Of a DNA stretch of 31,681 nucleotides, positions 1 through 9,507 are shown in pieces. The stretch lies in the NCBI GenBank assembly GCA_035438645.1, contig DAORIU010000001.1:1-31681 (forward strand), written 5' to 3'. Below the pieces are notes generated by a model. The model was given only the letters and a program-made list of their open reading frames with translations. It had not been told where the DNA came from and made no database searches. This DNA is from Minisyncoccota bacterium. GTDB taxonomy: Bacteria; Patescibacteriota; Minisyncoccia; Phycocordibacterales; UBA9973. The translations under genes were made by a program, and so were the position numbers. The stretch's first letter is position 1, and the number at the start of each line of letters is the position of its first letter.

Positions 1-67
1 TCCGTGCAATAATGGATACATTATTTATCTATTTAAGAGTTTAAAGGACAAATTTATTTACTTTTAT

Positions 68-96
68 ATTATAAAATATACAAACTGTAAAGTCAA
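68..96 (-). promoter_or_regulatory. sigma70-type promoter TTGACT-N17-TATAAT pointing off the left end of the window
   Basis: Reverse complement of 68-96 reads TTGACT-ttacagtttgtatattt-TATAAT, directly after the pilB stop codon. Confidence 0.6.
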
Positions 97-99
97 GCA

Positions 100-1848
100 C
101 TACTCACTCACCACACGTAACACTTCATCTATTGTAGTGTTCCCTTGGATGGCTTGGAAAATACCGTCCTCTATCATAGTCATCATCCCCTCTTTTTTAG
201 CTTGAGCTTCTACTTCATCTGCTGAGCCACCACGGAGAATTATTTCTTTGATTGTTGCTGAGACCTTGAGCGCTTCGTGAATACCAACACGTCCTTTATA
301 TCCGTCTTCTGATTCTTCACTTTTTACAGGCTTATAAAAAGGTATTTCTTTCCATGGAGTACCTGGCTTTATCAAATTTTCTTGTTCTATAAACACTCGA
401 GCATGATCTAGATCTACAACATCAGAGAGTGCTTTGAGTTCTCCGTCAGAGAGGAAATACTTTTCTTTGGTAGAAGTCAGTCGACGCACCAAACGCTGAG
501 CCACGATTACCTTAGCTGTTGAAACGATAAGAAATGGTTCTACTCCCATATCGATAAGTCTAGGGATTGCACCAGCTGCTGAGTTGGTGTGGATAGTTGA
601 GAGAACCAAGTGTCCGGTTAGAGCTGCATTAACTGCCAAAGAAGCCGTCTCCCCATCACGAATCTCTCCCACCATGATGATATTTGGGTCTTGTCGAAGG
701 AGGGCTCTAAGTCCGTTGGCGAAGGTCATACCGATCTCACTTTTTACTTGAGTTTGGTTGATACGGGGCATTTGATACTCTATAGGATCCTCTACTGTTG
801 AGATATTTACACTCGGAGTATTCAAAATATCAAGCATTGTATACAAAGTAGTTGTTTTTCCAGATCCAGTTGGCCCTGACGCTAGCACAATACCTGAGTG
901 TTGTTTCATCCCCTCATGTATCCTCTCTAGACTCTCCCCATGAAAGCCTAGCCCCTCCAAAGTAAAGCCGTGTGAAGATTCACGCAAAATACGAATAACG
1001 GTTTTCTCACCGAAATATGTCGGAAGTGTTGAGACACGAAATGATACAGGGGTATCATCAAGCACTATTTTAAATCTTCCGTCTTGTGGAAGTCTTTTTT
1101 CATCAAGCTTGAGATTTGAGAGCACTTTGATACGAGCAGTTATAGCTGGAGCAGCATCCTTAGGGAGAGTCATAGCATCATGAAGAATACCGTCGATACG
1201 ATAGCGAACAATCAGAGACTCTTCTCCTGGCTCAATGTGTATATCAGAAGTATTTTGCAATATTGCATGAGAAATCAAAGAGTCTACTATCTTTACAACT
1301 GGCAAATCCTCCGCCATTTGTTTGAGATCTTTTTCGGTAGTCTCATCACTTTTTTCGTCCACCTTTTGGATGCTCCCTACCTCCTTTTGTATTATCGAAT
1401 CAAACTCTGCCTGTAGAGACTTTTTGTATTGAACCAAAACACTTTTGATAGAGTCACTGTCTGTCAGTCTAGGCAAGATTCTAAGACCTGTCTTTTTCTT
1501 TACGAAATCAATAGCCGGAAGGTTATCTATATCTAGCATACAGATCTCTAGATCGTTGCCTCTTTTTTTATAAGCGACTATATTGTATTTTCGAGCAATG
1601 GGCTCAGGGATCATCTGCAAAATATCTCTTTCAATTTTTTCTTTTTCGAGACTAAGATAAGGTATACCCAAAACGTAGGCTTGTAGCTTACGTAGTTCTG
1701 GCTCTTTTACTTTTCCTAGAGAAAGGACAAAATCAGAAAGAGCTACATCTTTTTGTTTTTTCTGTTTTTCAAAATTAGTAATATCCTCTACTGATAGTAT
1801 TTTTGTATCAATCAAAAGATTTTTAAGTTTTTCTTCGTCAATAACCAT
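100..1848 (-). CDS. pilB: GspE/PilB-family type II secretion / type IV pilus assembly ATPase
   Basis: N-terminal MshEN-like/T2SSE_N region (IPEPIARKY), DIHIEP, RYRIDG, Walker A GPTGSGKTT, TVEDPIEY, LRQDPNIIMVGEIRD, TGHLVLSTIH. Start moved from 1893 to ATG 1848 (MVIDEEKLK) because 1879-1909 is a terminator and a TGnTACAAT box sits at 1859-1864. Confidence 0.93.
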   Translation of the reverse strand: MVIDEEKLKNLLIDTKILSVEDITNFEKQKKQKDVALSDFVLSLGKVKEPELRKLQAYVLGIPYLSLEKEKIERDILQMIPEPIARKYNIVAYKKRGNDLEICMLDIDNLPAIDFVKKKTGLRILPRLTDSDSIKSVLVQYKKSLQAEFDSIIQKEVGSIQKVDEKSDETTEKDLKQMAEDLPVVKIVDSLISHAILQNTSDIHIEPGEESLIVRYRIDGILHDAMTLPKDAAPAITARIKVLSNLKLDEKRLPQDGRFKIVLDDTPVSFRVSTLPTYFGEKTVIRILRESSHGFTLEGLGFHGESLERIHEGMKQHSGIVLASGPTGSGKTTTLYTMLDILNTPSVNISTVEDPIEYQMPRINQTQVKSEIGMTFANGLRALLRQDPNIIMVGEIRDGETASLAVNAALTGHLVLSTIHTNSAAGAIPRLIDMGVEPFLIVSTAKVIVAQRLVRRLTSTKEKYFLSDGELKALSDVVDLDHARVFIEQENLIKPGTPWKEIPFYKPVKSEESEDGYKGRVGIHEALKVSATIKEIILRGGSADEVEAQAKKEGMMTMIEDGIFQAIQGNTTIDEVLRVVSE

Positions 1849-1878
1849 ATGCACTTTTATTGTAGCATGGTCAAAAAT

Positions 1879-1909
1879 AAAAAACCGCACCATAGTGGTG
1901 CGGTTTTTT
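1879..1909. terminator. Intrinsic terminator hairpin (bidirectional type)
   Basis: aaaaaaccgcacca-tag-tggtgcggtttttt, a perfect inverted repeat 3 nt from the stop of 1912..3180. Confidence 0.85.
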
Positions 1910-1911
1910 GT

Positions 1912-3180
1912 TTAAAATTCTATAAATAAGAACTTTCTTCGAAGAGAAACAGTAGCTTGATCAGATGCCGAACTAGATCCATCGGTACAAGAAACAGTAT
2001 AGGTAGTATTTACTGTTGGAGAAACAGGGATTGATCCAGATATAGCTCCACCTGTTGAAAATCCTATACCTGAACAAGATGTTGCATTGTTAGATGTCCA
2101 AGACAGTGTTGATGATTCTCCTAAAGCTATTCTTTCTGGGTTTGCGGTTAATGCAGCCGCTACCTCTGAGCCAGTATCAGGCAATACTGTGACAGTCTCT
2201 GAGTCACTAGCACTACCATTTACTCCAGTACATGACAGAGTAAATGTAGTATTGGCATACAGAGAGCCAGTTGATTCATGAGGATATGAACTACTTGTTG
2301 ATCTGCTACCTGTCCAAGAAGAGCTCAGAGGGCTTGCACTAGCTGTACAAGAAGAAACGTTGGCACTTGTCCAAGACAGTGTTGCTGATCCTCCGCTAAA
2401 AATACTAGAAGGCGCAACACTTAAAGAAACAGATGGTGTAACCACTACCGCCTGACAAGCTGATCCATTCCAAGATGATCCATCAGCACAAGAAGCACTC
2501 ATTGATGACTGCGCAAGCTCTACAGAATTATGATAGAGAAAAAAAGTAGTCGCCCCATGGTTTACAGTACTACTTACATTCGTTCCTGAGGTAGCCCAAG
2601 AAACATGTGTTCCATTTGGATTATTATGGGTTACTTCAGTAGCTGCACCAGTGAGGTCTGAAGTTGTCCATGTTACGGAGCTGTTACAAGTTGATGCCCC
2701 ACTGCTAATAGTACAGTTCGATGCAGTAATAGCGCCTGTTGGAGTTGGGGCACTACTTACAACAACCAGAGCTGTTGCGCTGACACTTGATGGTGTTGCG
2801 CTTGATTTTACACAAGTGATTCTAAAAACGTAACTACCAGCAACGAGATTTGTTACCTGCTCTGGTGAAGGGTTGCTTGAAGTACTGCGAGAACCAGACC
2901 ATGTTGTTGAGCTTGGGCCACTTGCAAGATCTGCATCACAACTATCTGGTGTTCCAGAGGTTGTCCATGTAAGAGTTGTTGTGTTTGTAGGCAGTGTCAT
3001 TGTGTTAGGACTTGCAGAAAGAGTAACACCAATAACAGCCCCACCACCCCCCACAGTATAAGCAATATCAGAAGTGTAGTAGTTCCACACCGCATAAGAA
3101 TCAGTGTAAAAACCAAGTGTTATAAAAAATACAAATATCGCGACTATGTTAATTTTGTTTTTATTAATTTTGTTTTTCAT
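1912..3180 (-). CDS. Secreted Ser/Thr-rich surface protein with repeated Ig/PKD-like beta-sandwich modules
   Basis: Basic N-terminus plus hydrophobic signal (IVAIFVFFITLGF...SYA). Repeated L/V-S/T-W-T-S/T...C motifs (LTWTTSGTPDSC, LSWTSANVSSC, LSWTSNNATSC) and two W.GSRSTSS motifs. Ends in RRKFLFIEF. Confidence 0.75.
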   Translation of the reverse strand: MKNKINKNKINIVAIFVFFITLGFYTDSYAVWNYYTSDIAYTVGGGGAVIGVTLSASPNTMTLPTNTTTLTWTTSGTPDSCDADLASGPSSTTWSGSRSTSSNPSPEQVTNLVAGSYVFRITCVKSSATPSSVSATALVVVSSAPTPTGAITASNCTISSGASTCNSSVTWTTSDLTGAATEVTHNNPNGTHVSWATSGTNVSSTVNHGATTFFLYHNSVELAQSSMSASCADGSSWNGSACQAVVVTPSVSLSVAPSSIFSGGSATLSWTSANVSSCTASASPLSSSWTGSRSTSSSYPHESTGSLYANTTFTLSCTGVNGSASDSETVTVLPDTGSEVAAALTANPERIALGESSTLSWTSNNATSCSGIGFSTGGAISGSIPVSPTVNTTYTVSCTDGSSSASDQATVSLRRKFLFIEF

Positions 3181-3198
3181 ATATTTTATTTGTAATTA

Positions 3199-5670
3199 TT
3201 ATTGTTGACACTCTTTATCAGGCGGGCAAGACTCTACAACATCAACCTGAAGTTGTGCTGGGGAAGTTCCACCTGGTCCTACACACTCGATGTTATATGT
3301 TGTTGCTGGTTGAACGCTCGGATAAACAACTGAGTTGCCTGCTGTTTGATTCCCTGTGTAGAAGTCAACACTAGAGCAAGAAGTTGCATTTGTTGATGAC
3401 CATGAAAGAGTTGTCGAATCTGGTGTAACAATAGAAGTTGGAGAAGCTGAGAAGGTAATAACTGGTGGCTCAGGGGTCAATGTTACAGAATCTGTACCTG
3501 ATCCGGCAGCATTAGAGCAAGAAACACTATATGTTATAGGAATACTTGTTACGGTTACAGACTGAGTACCATATGGAGCTCCTGCTGTTGAGAAGTTTGT
3601 TCCTGTACAAGTTGTCACTCCGCCTGCCCACCCTGATGACCATGTAATAGTTACAGTGTCTCCAACATTTGCATATGTTGCACTAGCTGTAATCTCTGGT
3701 GACGGTGGATAAAGTATACGAGCATAGTTAACCGGAGGGGTAATAACCCATGGTAGATATGGAGGGACGCCAACATGAGCAGTTTTACCTGAAGTGTTAG
3801 GTAAAGCTATACCACCACAACCGAAAGTAAACGGTGGCAAAAAATTCCCTAGTACCTCATTATAACTATAGCCAGGAGAGATAGTATAAGAAGTTCCTGA
3901 TAAAACCGTAGTAATACTATAAGTATCTGTTAGAGGATAAGATTGCCCCTCTCTAAGGACAAGCTTGAACCCTAGTCCAGTGACATCAAGCGGTGTTGTT
4001 CCTGTTATATCAGAGTAAAATTCAACCAGAACACTAGTAACATTTCGATGGTTTAATATAACAGGTGGACAAATTGCTCCCTGACTTATTGTTTCTTGCC
4101 AAGTAGAAACACCTTGTTCTGTTAACTTTATATATACTGGCTCAAGAAGCCCTGCAGTAAATGTAATATCAAAACTTTGAGGGAGTGGAGGGTTGGTTGG
4201 GACATTAACAGTGAAGCTCCCAGGGTTATTGGCCAAACGAATTTCAAAAGGGGTTAGAGTTATAGTGCTTGGGTTAAAAAGATCTACACTGTTATTGTTT
4301 ATAGTTACAGCACTAAGAGAGACTGTTTGTGATAAATCTGTAAGATTCTGAATAGAACCATCTACATTTATAGTATCTCCTTGATTGAAGTTAAGGCTAC
4401 CAGGATTAAGAGGGTTGTCAGCATTTACGGTAACCAAAACTTCGTTATTTGCTCCGGCATAGTAAGTATTAGCTTCTACATAAGAAGTAAAAGAAGCTAA
4501 AACAAATATAAACGTAGCTACAGTAGCACTGCCCATAGGTGGTATTTTTTTGTTATTTTTTAACAATCTAACAACAAAAATTATAAGTGCTAAGATAATG
4601 ATACCTAAAGCTAAGAACTTTTGTTTTTGTGGGGCTTTTGTTGAGGTTGTCTCTATAGATGATTCAAAACTATCAAGGATGTTGCCCTCTGAGTCTTTTA
4701 TGTTTACAGAAAGCACAGGGTTTGTACAAGAAATACGATTTTTGATTGAGATCTTTTGGACATGTGAAACCAAAGCAACTTCTGCTACACCACAAGTAAT
4801 GTTATGCGAAGAAAGTTTTACGTCCACCTTTGTGGCTCCACTACCCGCCCACGAAAGATCTACTTCTGCTATGCCTCTGTATTTATAGTAATCAGCGTCC
4901 AAAGAAGCATTTAATATTTTTGCTGAAACTCCGGGAATAATAAGGGGGATTGATACTGTATTTGAAAGAGTTTCCCCAGATCTTAGTTGGATCTTAAGAA
5001 TATAAAATCCAGAAGGAAGTGTTTTTGGTATATCAATTAAAAATGTTTGCTTGCTTTCTGCTTTGAAAGACAAAGGATTTTGCGAAAAAACCTCAGCGAT
5101 TGGTTTATTAAAAGATGATTGTTCAAACACAGAAAGAACAGGTGTAGAAATAAATAAATTTTTAGTTATATTCTGTGCTTCGCAAGCTACCTTTGTATTT
5201 TTTTCAGACAAGATACATGACCCAGGGACAACTACTAATCCTTGTGTTGAAGATAAAGACACCTCGCCAACAGATGCATTAGCAAAAGGGAATCCTGCCT
5301 TATTGCTTACACCGATAGACAATAAATATACTCCCGAGAGGCCTGTTGGAGCATTGTAAACAATACTTTTAGATATACTACTATTTTCTGGCAAACTCAG
5401 AACTTCGTCATAATGTTTTTCATCAACAACAATACTCCTATTTGATTTTGAGCTTAAGCGAACGCTGTACTGAAGTCCTGTTTGGATACCGCTACCATTT
5501 GATATGGTGAAGGATATGTTTATGGATTGACCAATTTGATTTGCTATTTTTGCACCTTGAACATTAACCTCTGCAATAGATTTTACTGCGTGAGTTTGTG
5601 CGGAAATTGTTTGAGCTGATAAAAAACTAGTAAAAATTATTGTAACAAAAACAAGTAGGTATTTTTTCAT
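3199..5670 (-). CDS. Large exported/membrane protein with a central hydrophobic hairpin and C-terminal Ig/PKD-like repeats
   Basis: Signal peptide MKKYLLVFVTIIF...ISAQ (start ATG 5670 rather than 5688). Internal TM KFLALGIIILALIIFVVRLL. C-terminal repeats ITWSSG..TTCTG and LSWSSTNATSC resemble those of the downstream gene. Confidence 0.75.
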   Translation of the reverse strand: MKKYLLVFVTIIFTSFLSAQTISAQTHAVKSIAEVNVQGAKIANQIGQSINISFTISNGSGIQTGLQYSVRLSSKSNRSIVVDEKHYDEVLSLPENSSISKSIVYNAPTGLSGVYLLSIGVSNKAGFPFANASVGEVSLSSTQGLVVVPGSCILSEKNTKVACEAQNITKNLFISTPVLSVFEQSSFNKPIAEVFSQNPLSFKAESKQTFLIDIPKTLPSGFYILKIQLRSGETLSNTVSIPLIIPGVSAKILNASLDADYYKYRGIAEVDLSWAGSGATKVDVKLSSHNITCGVAEVALVSHVQKISIKNRISCTNPVLSVNIKDSEGNILDSFESSIETTSTKAPQKQKFLALGIIILALIIFVVRLLKNNKKIPPMGSATVATFIFVLASFTSYVEANTYYAGANNEVLVTVNADNPLNPGSLNFNQGDTINVDGSIQNLTDLSQTVSLSAVTINNNSVDLFNPSTITLTPFEIRLANNPGSFTVNVPTNPPLPQSFDITFTAGLLEPVYIKLTEQGVSTWQETISQGAICPPVILNHRNVTSVLVEFYSDITGTTPLDVTGLGFKLVLREGQSYPLTDTYSITTVLSGTSYTISPGYSYNEVLGNFLPPFTFGCGGIALPNTSGKTAHVGVPPYLPWVITPPVNYARILYPPSPEITASATYANVGDTVTITWSSGWAGGVTTCTGTNFSTAGAPYGTQSVTVTSIPITYSVSCSNAAGSGTDSVTLTPEPPVITFSASPTSIVTPDSTTLSWSSTNATSCSSVDFYTGNQTAGNSVVYPSVQPATTYNIECVGPGGTSPAQLQVDVVESCPPDKECQQ

Positions 5671-5701
5671 ACAAATAAAGTATAACACTAGTAAATAAAA
5701 A

Positions 5702-5730
5702 AGTCCCCCGATAAGAGGGACTGCTTTTTT
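5702..5730. terminator. Terminator hairpin downstream of the lipoprotein gene
   Basis: agtccc-ccgataaga-gggact flanked by A and T runs. Confidence 0.65.
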
Positions 5731-5742
5731 AGAAAGATCGAT

Positions 5743-6426
5743 TTAATTCTTACTGAACCACCTTTTAACCAACTGGTTGTTGTTGTTGTTGCGAAATTCA
5801 ACAACAAAGGTTTTGTTGTTTAGAAAGGTGATTTTGTCATACGCCTGGTTAGCGAAAACAATACCCTCTCCTACTAAACTCCACTGTCCAGTAGAAATTC
5901 CACCGCCAGGTGCGCATTCACTACCGTAGGTCTTTGTGGTCCCGTCGGGTAAAAATTGGATCGGCAGACAAACCAGACCACTGGTCTGGATTGGGCCTCC
6001 GTCAATCTGGATGGCTGTTAACCGGAAGATTCCGTCTCCAGCCCCTGATTTGAATACTTCAGAAAGCTGAGGAGACCAACAATCAGCGACAACGGTAGTT
6101 TCTGCTGTTTGACCATTTTGACCATGGGCAACCAACTTTACATCTAATGGGCCTGTGACAGAACTAACCGTGTAGCTATTTCCATTAACAACCCCGGGAG
6201 AGGCTGTTACTGAGGTGGCATTGGTCGCTGTTACAGAACCAACCGCATTTTCTCCGTACCACGCCTTTGAGGGAGCAGTAGCAGAAATTTTAGGCTTTGT
6301 TTCAGCGGGAGGGTTTGGTTCAACATGACCGCCACCACCAGCACCACCGGAATTTTTGCCACAAGACACAAATATAAGGATGACGAACACTACGCTCATC
6401 CTCAAAGCGTTTAAAACATTTTTCAT
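5743..6426 (-). CDS. Putative lipoprotein (lipobox FVS-C) with Gly/Pro linker and a lipocalin-like C-terminal beta domain
   Basis: MKNVLNALRMSVVFVILIFVS-CGKNSGGAGGGGHVEPNPP. The start at ATG 6426 is supported by the promoter at 6499-6528, which lies inside the longer ORF call. Confidence 0.65.
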   Translation of the reverse strand: MKNVLNALRMSVVFVILIFVSCGKNSGGAGGGGHVEPNPPAETKPKISATAPSKAWYGENAVGSVTATNATSVTASPGVVNGNSYTVSSVTGPLDVKLVAHGQNGQTAETTVVADCWSPQLSEVFKSGAGDGIFRLTAIQIDGGPIQTSGLVCLPIQFLPDGTTKTYGSECAPGGGISTGQWSLVGEGIVFANQAYDKITFLNNKTFVVEFRNNNNNQLVKRWFSKN

Positions 6427-6498
6427 GCTTTTTAATTTAGAGAATGAAGGCAATATCGCCAAAAAATCGATTAAAGGTACTTTCGTACGTTTGAGTAT

Positions 6499-6528
6499 AT
6501 TATATACCCAAAATAGGCATTTTGTCAA
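6499..6528 (-). promoter_or_regulatory. sigma70 promoter TTGACA-N18-TATAAT for the lipoprotein gene
   Basis: Perfect consensus hexamers on the minus strand. Confidence 0.65.
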
Positions 6529-6682
6529 TGTAAACACCCTAAAATGGGGATAATCTGTGGATATTTGCCTATACAATATATATATGCTATATTCCCCCTT
6601 AGTAAATGTCCGGCCCAAAAAGCTCGGACATTTCTGTTAAAAATACAAAAAACCCTTACAAAATAATACAAAAATCAAATAT

Positions 6683-7903
6683 ATGTTAGATATAAAAGCC
6701 CTAAAAATTGCTATAGAACAGCTTGAAAATGAGCGCCGAATAGGCCGAGATAAGCTTATTGACGCTATAGAACAGTCACTAGCTGCCGCTTATAAAAAAG
6801 AGTACGGCAAAAAAGGCCAGGTTGTTCGTGCCCACATCGATCTAGATGGTGGTTCTGTTTCTTTTGACCAAGTAAAGACTGTAGTAGATGACAGCATGGT
6901 TTACTTTGAAGACGAAGCTGATGAAAGACCAGAGGCAGACGAAAGAGAAAGCTACAACGAAGAAAAGCACATACTTCTCGACGATGCCAAGATGATGAAA
7001 AGTGGTGCTCAGGTAGGAGATGAGATAATTTTTAATCTAGAACCAAAAGAAGACTTTGGACGTATCGCTGCTCAAACTGCAAAGCAGGTTATTATTCAGC
7101 GTATCAGGGAAGCAGAACGTGGCTCTATCATGGAAGAGTTTGGTGGCAAAGAAGGCGATATTGTTTCAGGACATATTCAAAAAGTAGATAAGGGTACTGT
7201 ATTTATTGATTTTAACAGAGCAACAGGAATCATCCCCCCAGCTGAACAAATCCCAGGTGAGCGTTACGCTCGTGGTGCCCGTGTACGTGGATACCTATAC
7301 CATGTCGAAGAATCTCCTCGAGGTATCAATCTTCGCATTTCTCGCACTCATCCAAAATTTATGGAAAAGCTCTTTGCTCAAGAGTCTCCTGAAATAGCAA
7401 CTGGTGTTGTCGAAATAAAGTCTATAGCTCGAGAACCAGGAGCAAGAAGCAAGATAGCTGTTTACACTGCAGACCCAAACATCGATCCTGTAGGATCATG
7501 TGTTGGTCAACGCGGAGTTAGAGTTTCTACTGTTATGAATGAACTTGGTGGAGAAAAGATAGATATTATCGAATGGTCAGAAGATCCGAGTGAATTTGTT
7601 CGCAAAGCTCTCTCTCCAGCAAAAGTTTTAGATGTTGTACTAGATGAAGCAGAGCACAAAGCAACCATCGAAGTTACCCCGGATCAACTCTCTCTAGCTA
7701 TCGGAAAAGGTGGCCAAAATGTTCGTCTCGCAGCCAAGCTCACTGGTTGGAAAATAGATATCAAAGGCGCAGAAGTTCCAGAAGGCGAAGGGTCAGCAAG
7801 TTCTGAAGGAGAAGACTTCAAACCTTTGACAGAACTAGTATCTGAAGAGGCGGTGCAAGAAACTCCAGCAGAAGAAGTACAAAACGAAACTGAAAATTCT
7901 TAA
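6683..7903 (+). CDS. nusA: Transcription termination/antitermination factor NusA
   Basis: N-domain AIEQSLAAAYKKEYG, FGRIAAQTAKQVIIQRIREAER, S1 domain, ISRTHP, KH motifs AREPGARSKIAV, VGSCVGQRG and SLAIGKGGQNVRLAAKLTGWKIDI. Confidence 0.97.
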   Translation: MLDIKALKIAIEQLENERRIGRDKLIDAIEQSLAAAYKKEYGKKGQVVRAHIDLDGGSVSFDQVKTVVDDSMVYFEDEADERPEADERESYNEEKHILLDDAKMMKSGAQVGDEIIFNLEPKEDFGRIAAQTAKQVIIQRIREAERGSIMEEFGGKEGDIVSGHIQKVDKGTVFIDFNRATGIIPPAEQIPGERYARGARVRGYLYHVEESPRGINLRISRTHPKFMEKLFAQESPEIATGVVEIKSIAREPGARSKIAVYTADPNIDPVGSCVGQRGVRVSTVMNELGGEKIDIIEWSEDPSEFVRKALSPAKVLDVVLDEAEHKATIEVTPDQLSLAIGKGGQNVRLAAKLTGWKIDIKGAEVPEGEGSASSEGEDFKPLTELVSEEAVQETPAEEVQNETENS

Positions 7904-7937
7904 TAACTTTATAAAAACTAACTTTCAATTAACTAAT

Positions 7938-8486
7938 ATGAGTATGAATCTTTGGCACGATATACCTTTGGGAGATAATCCAACAGAAGCATTTAACTGC
8001 ATCGTTGAGATCTCAAAAGGCTCACACAACAAATACGAAATCGACAAAAAAACTGGCGTGATTGCTCTAGATAGAGCCAACTATAACGCAGCACCATATC
8101 CATTTGATTATGCTTTTGCTCCACAAACTCTTTGGGAGGATGGCGATGCTCTTGATGTTGTACTACTAACTACTTACCCTATAAATATCGGTGTAATGGT
8201 AGAGGTCCGACCAATTGCGATTATGAACATGGTAGATAGTGGAGAAAGTGACGCAAAAATCATCGCAGTTCCAACAAGTGACAAGCGTTTTGATCATATC
8301 CACGACCTCAAAGACCTAAACAAACACTCACTCAAAGAATTCACTCACTTTTTTGAAACTTATAAAAATCTAAAAAGTGATGATGGGCATATCGAACACC
8401 CTGTAGTTATCAACGGTATTGAAGGGAAAGATAAAGCCATCGAAGCGATCAAAAAATCAATCGAGCTTTACAAACAAAAGTTTTAG
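7938..8486 (+). CDS. ppa: Family I inorganic pyrophosphatase
   Basis: VEISKGSHNKYEIDK, YPFDYAFAPQTLWEDGDALDV (DxDxxD motif), DSGESDAKIIAVP, HFFETYKNL. Confidence 0.96.
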   Translation: MSMNLWHDIPLGDNPTEAFNCIVEISKGSHNKYEIDKKTGVIALDRANYNAAPYPFDYAFAPQTLWEDGDALDVVLLTTYPINIGVMVEVRPIAIMNMVDSGESDAKIIAVPTSDKRFDHIHDLKDLNKHSLKEFTHFFETYKNLKSDDGHIEHPVVINGIEGKDKAIEAIKKSIELYKQKF

Positions 8487-8490
8487 CAAT

Positions 8491-8521
8491 AAAAAATGCC
8501 TCCCGGAAGGGGGGCGTTTTT
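8491..8521. terminator. Bidirectional terminator between ppa and a convergent small gene
   Basis: aaaaaatgcctccc-ggaa-ggggggcgttttt. Confidence 0.75.
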
Positions 8522-8531
8522 AATTCTTTTG

Positions 8532-8717
8532 CTAATAGCCAACAGGTTTGGATGTCCTCGCAAAATATGTTACTAATGCAAGTACTATGAGATAGATGCC
8601 TGCGCAAATATCGTACCTAAATGCAAAATAAAGCAGTACAAAAAATAAAATTATTGCGGGTACCTTAAGAAAATTGAGTATAACAACCCAAAAACCCTTA
8701 TTGTGTATTTCTTTCAT
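8532..8717 (-). CDS. Small two-TM membrane protein (61 aa)
   Basis: Two hydrophobic segments; fills the gap between a terminator and the divergent next gene. Confidence 0.55.
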   Translation of the reverse strand: MKEIHNKGFWVVILNFLKVPAIILFFVLLYFAFRYDICAGIYLIVLALVTYFARTSKPVGY

Positions 8718-8793
8718 GGTTTTACAAAATTTGATAATACTATACAGTAATACCTGCTCTAGTCAATCGTCAGAAGTTGTGTATAATAAACGT

Positions 8794-9264
8794 ATGGTAA
8801 AAAAGACTAGTATTCTTATTTTTATAGCTATTTTGGCGTTTGGCGCTCCGGCGTTTGCCCAAAACACACAAACCTCAGCAAAAGAGGTGCGCTTTGAAAC
8901 CCTAACAAAAAAACAAAAAGTAGAAGCCGAATTACGCTCTACCTCAAACAAACTCAAAATAGCCATCAACAAAACACAAAAGCTACTAGACCTTTTGAGC
9001 AAAAATGACAAAGACACATCTCTAGCCCAAGAGTCACTAGACTCTGCCAACACCTATTTAGAAGATGCTAATGAAGCCATAGATCAATACTCGGGTATTT
9101 TCCCAGAAATCAATCCAGCAGACAAAAAAGCTAAAGAAGTGGTTCTGATAAAAGAGCCCCTAAAAAAAGCGCAGGAGTCTCTAAAAGATGCAAAGTCTTC
9201 ACTCATAGAGAGCATCAAAATATTAAAAGAAGGCCTAGCTCCAAAAGATAATTCTGAAGAATAA
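8794..9264 (+). CDS. Secreted helical/coiled-coil protein
   Basis: Signal peptide MVKKTSILIFIAILAFGAPAFA-Q followed by K/E/L-rich heptads. Start at ATG 8794, 6 nt after TATAAT. Confidence 0.75.
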   Translation: MVKKTSILIFIAILAFGAPAFAQNTQTSAKEVRFETLTKKQKVEAELRSTSNKLKIAINKTQKLLDLLSKNDKDTSLAQESLDSANTYLEDANEAIDQYSGIFPEINPADKKAKEVVLIKEPLKKAQESLKDAKSSLIESIKILKEGLAPKDNSEE

Positions 9265-9265
9265 A

Positions 9266-9466
9266 ATGCAGGAGCAAAACAAAAGTCCATGGGCTATTGT
9301 AATCATACTGTTGGTTATAATACTTTGTGGGCTTTTTTGGTTTAGCCAAAAACCAGAAGAAATAACTCCGGTGCCTATAACCAAACCTTCTTTTAGTGAT
9401 AGCGCACATGCACTAGAAGCCTCTGTAGAAGGCATTATTATCCCCGACTACCAGGACGAAATATAA
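9266..9466 (+). CDS. Small single-pass membrane protein (66 aa)
   Basis: One TM (WAIVIILLVIILCGLFWF); starts 1 nt after the upstream stop codon. Confidence 0.7.
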   Translation: MQEQNKSPWAIVIILLVIILCGLFWFSQKPEEITPVPITKPSFSDSAHALEASVEGIIIPDYQDEI

Positions 9467-9507
9467 CTTTTGGCATCAAAGGCAGAGTATGTTAGACTGC
9501 GCTAACT

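Noticed and set aside
6427-6618. N-terminal extensions in the ORF track (lipoprotein; also pilB, 8674, 20711, 27617, 29526)
   Set aside because: The extensions run through promoters or terminators; downstream ATGs give proper signal peptides or family starts.
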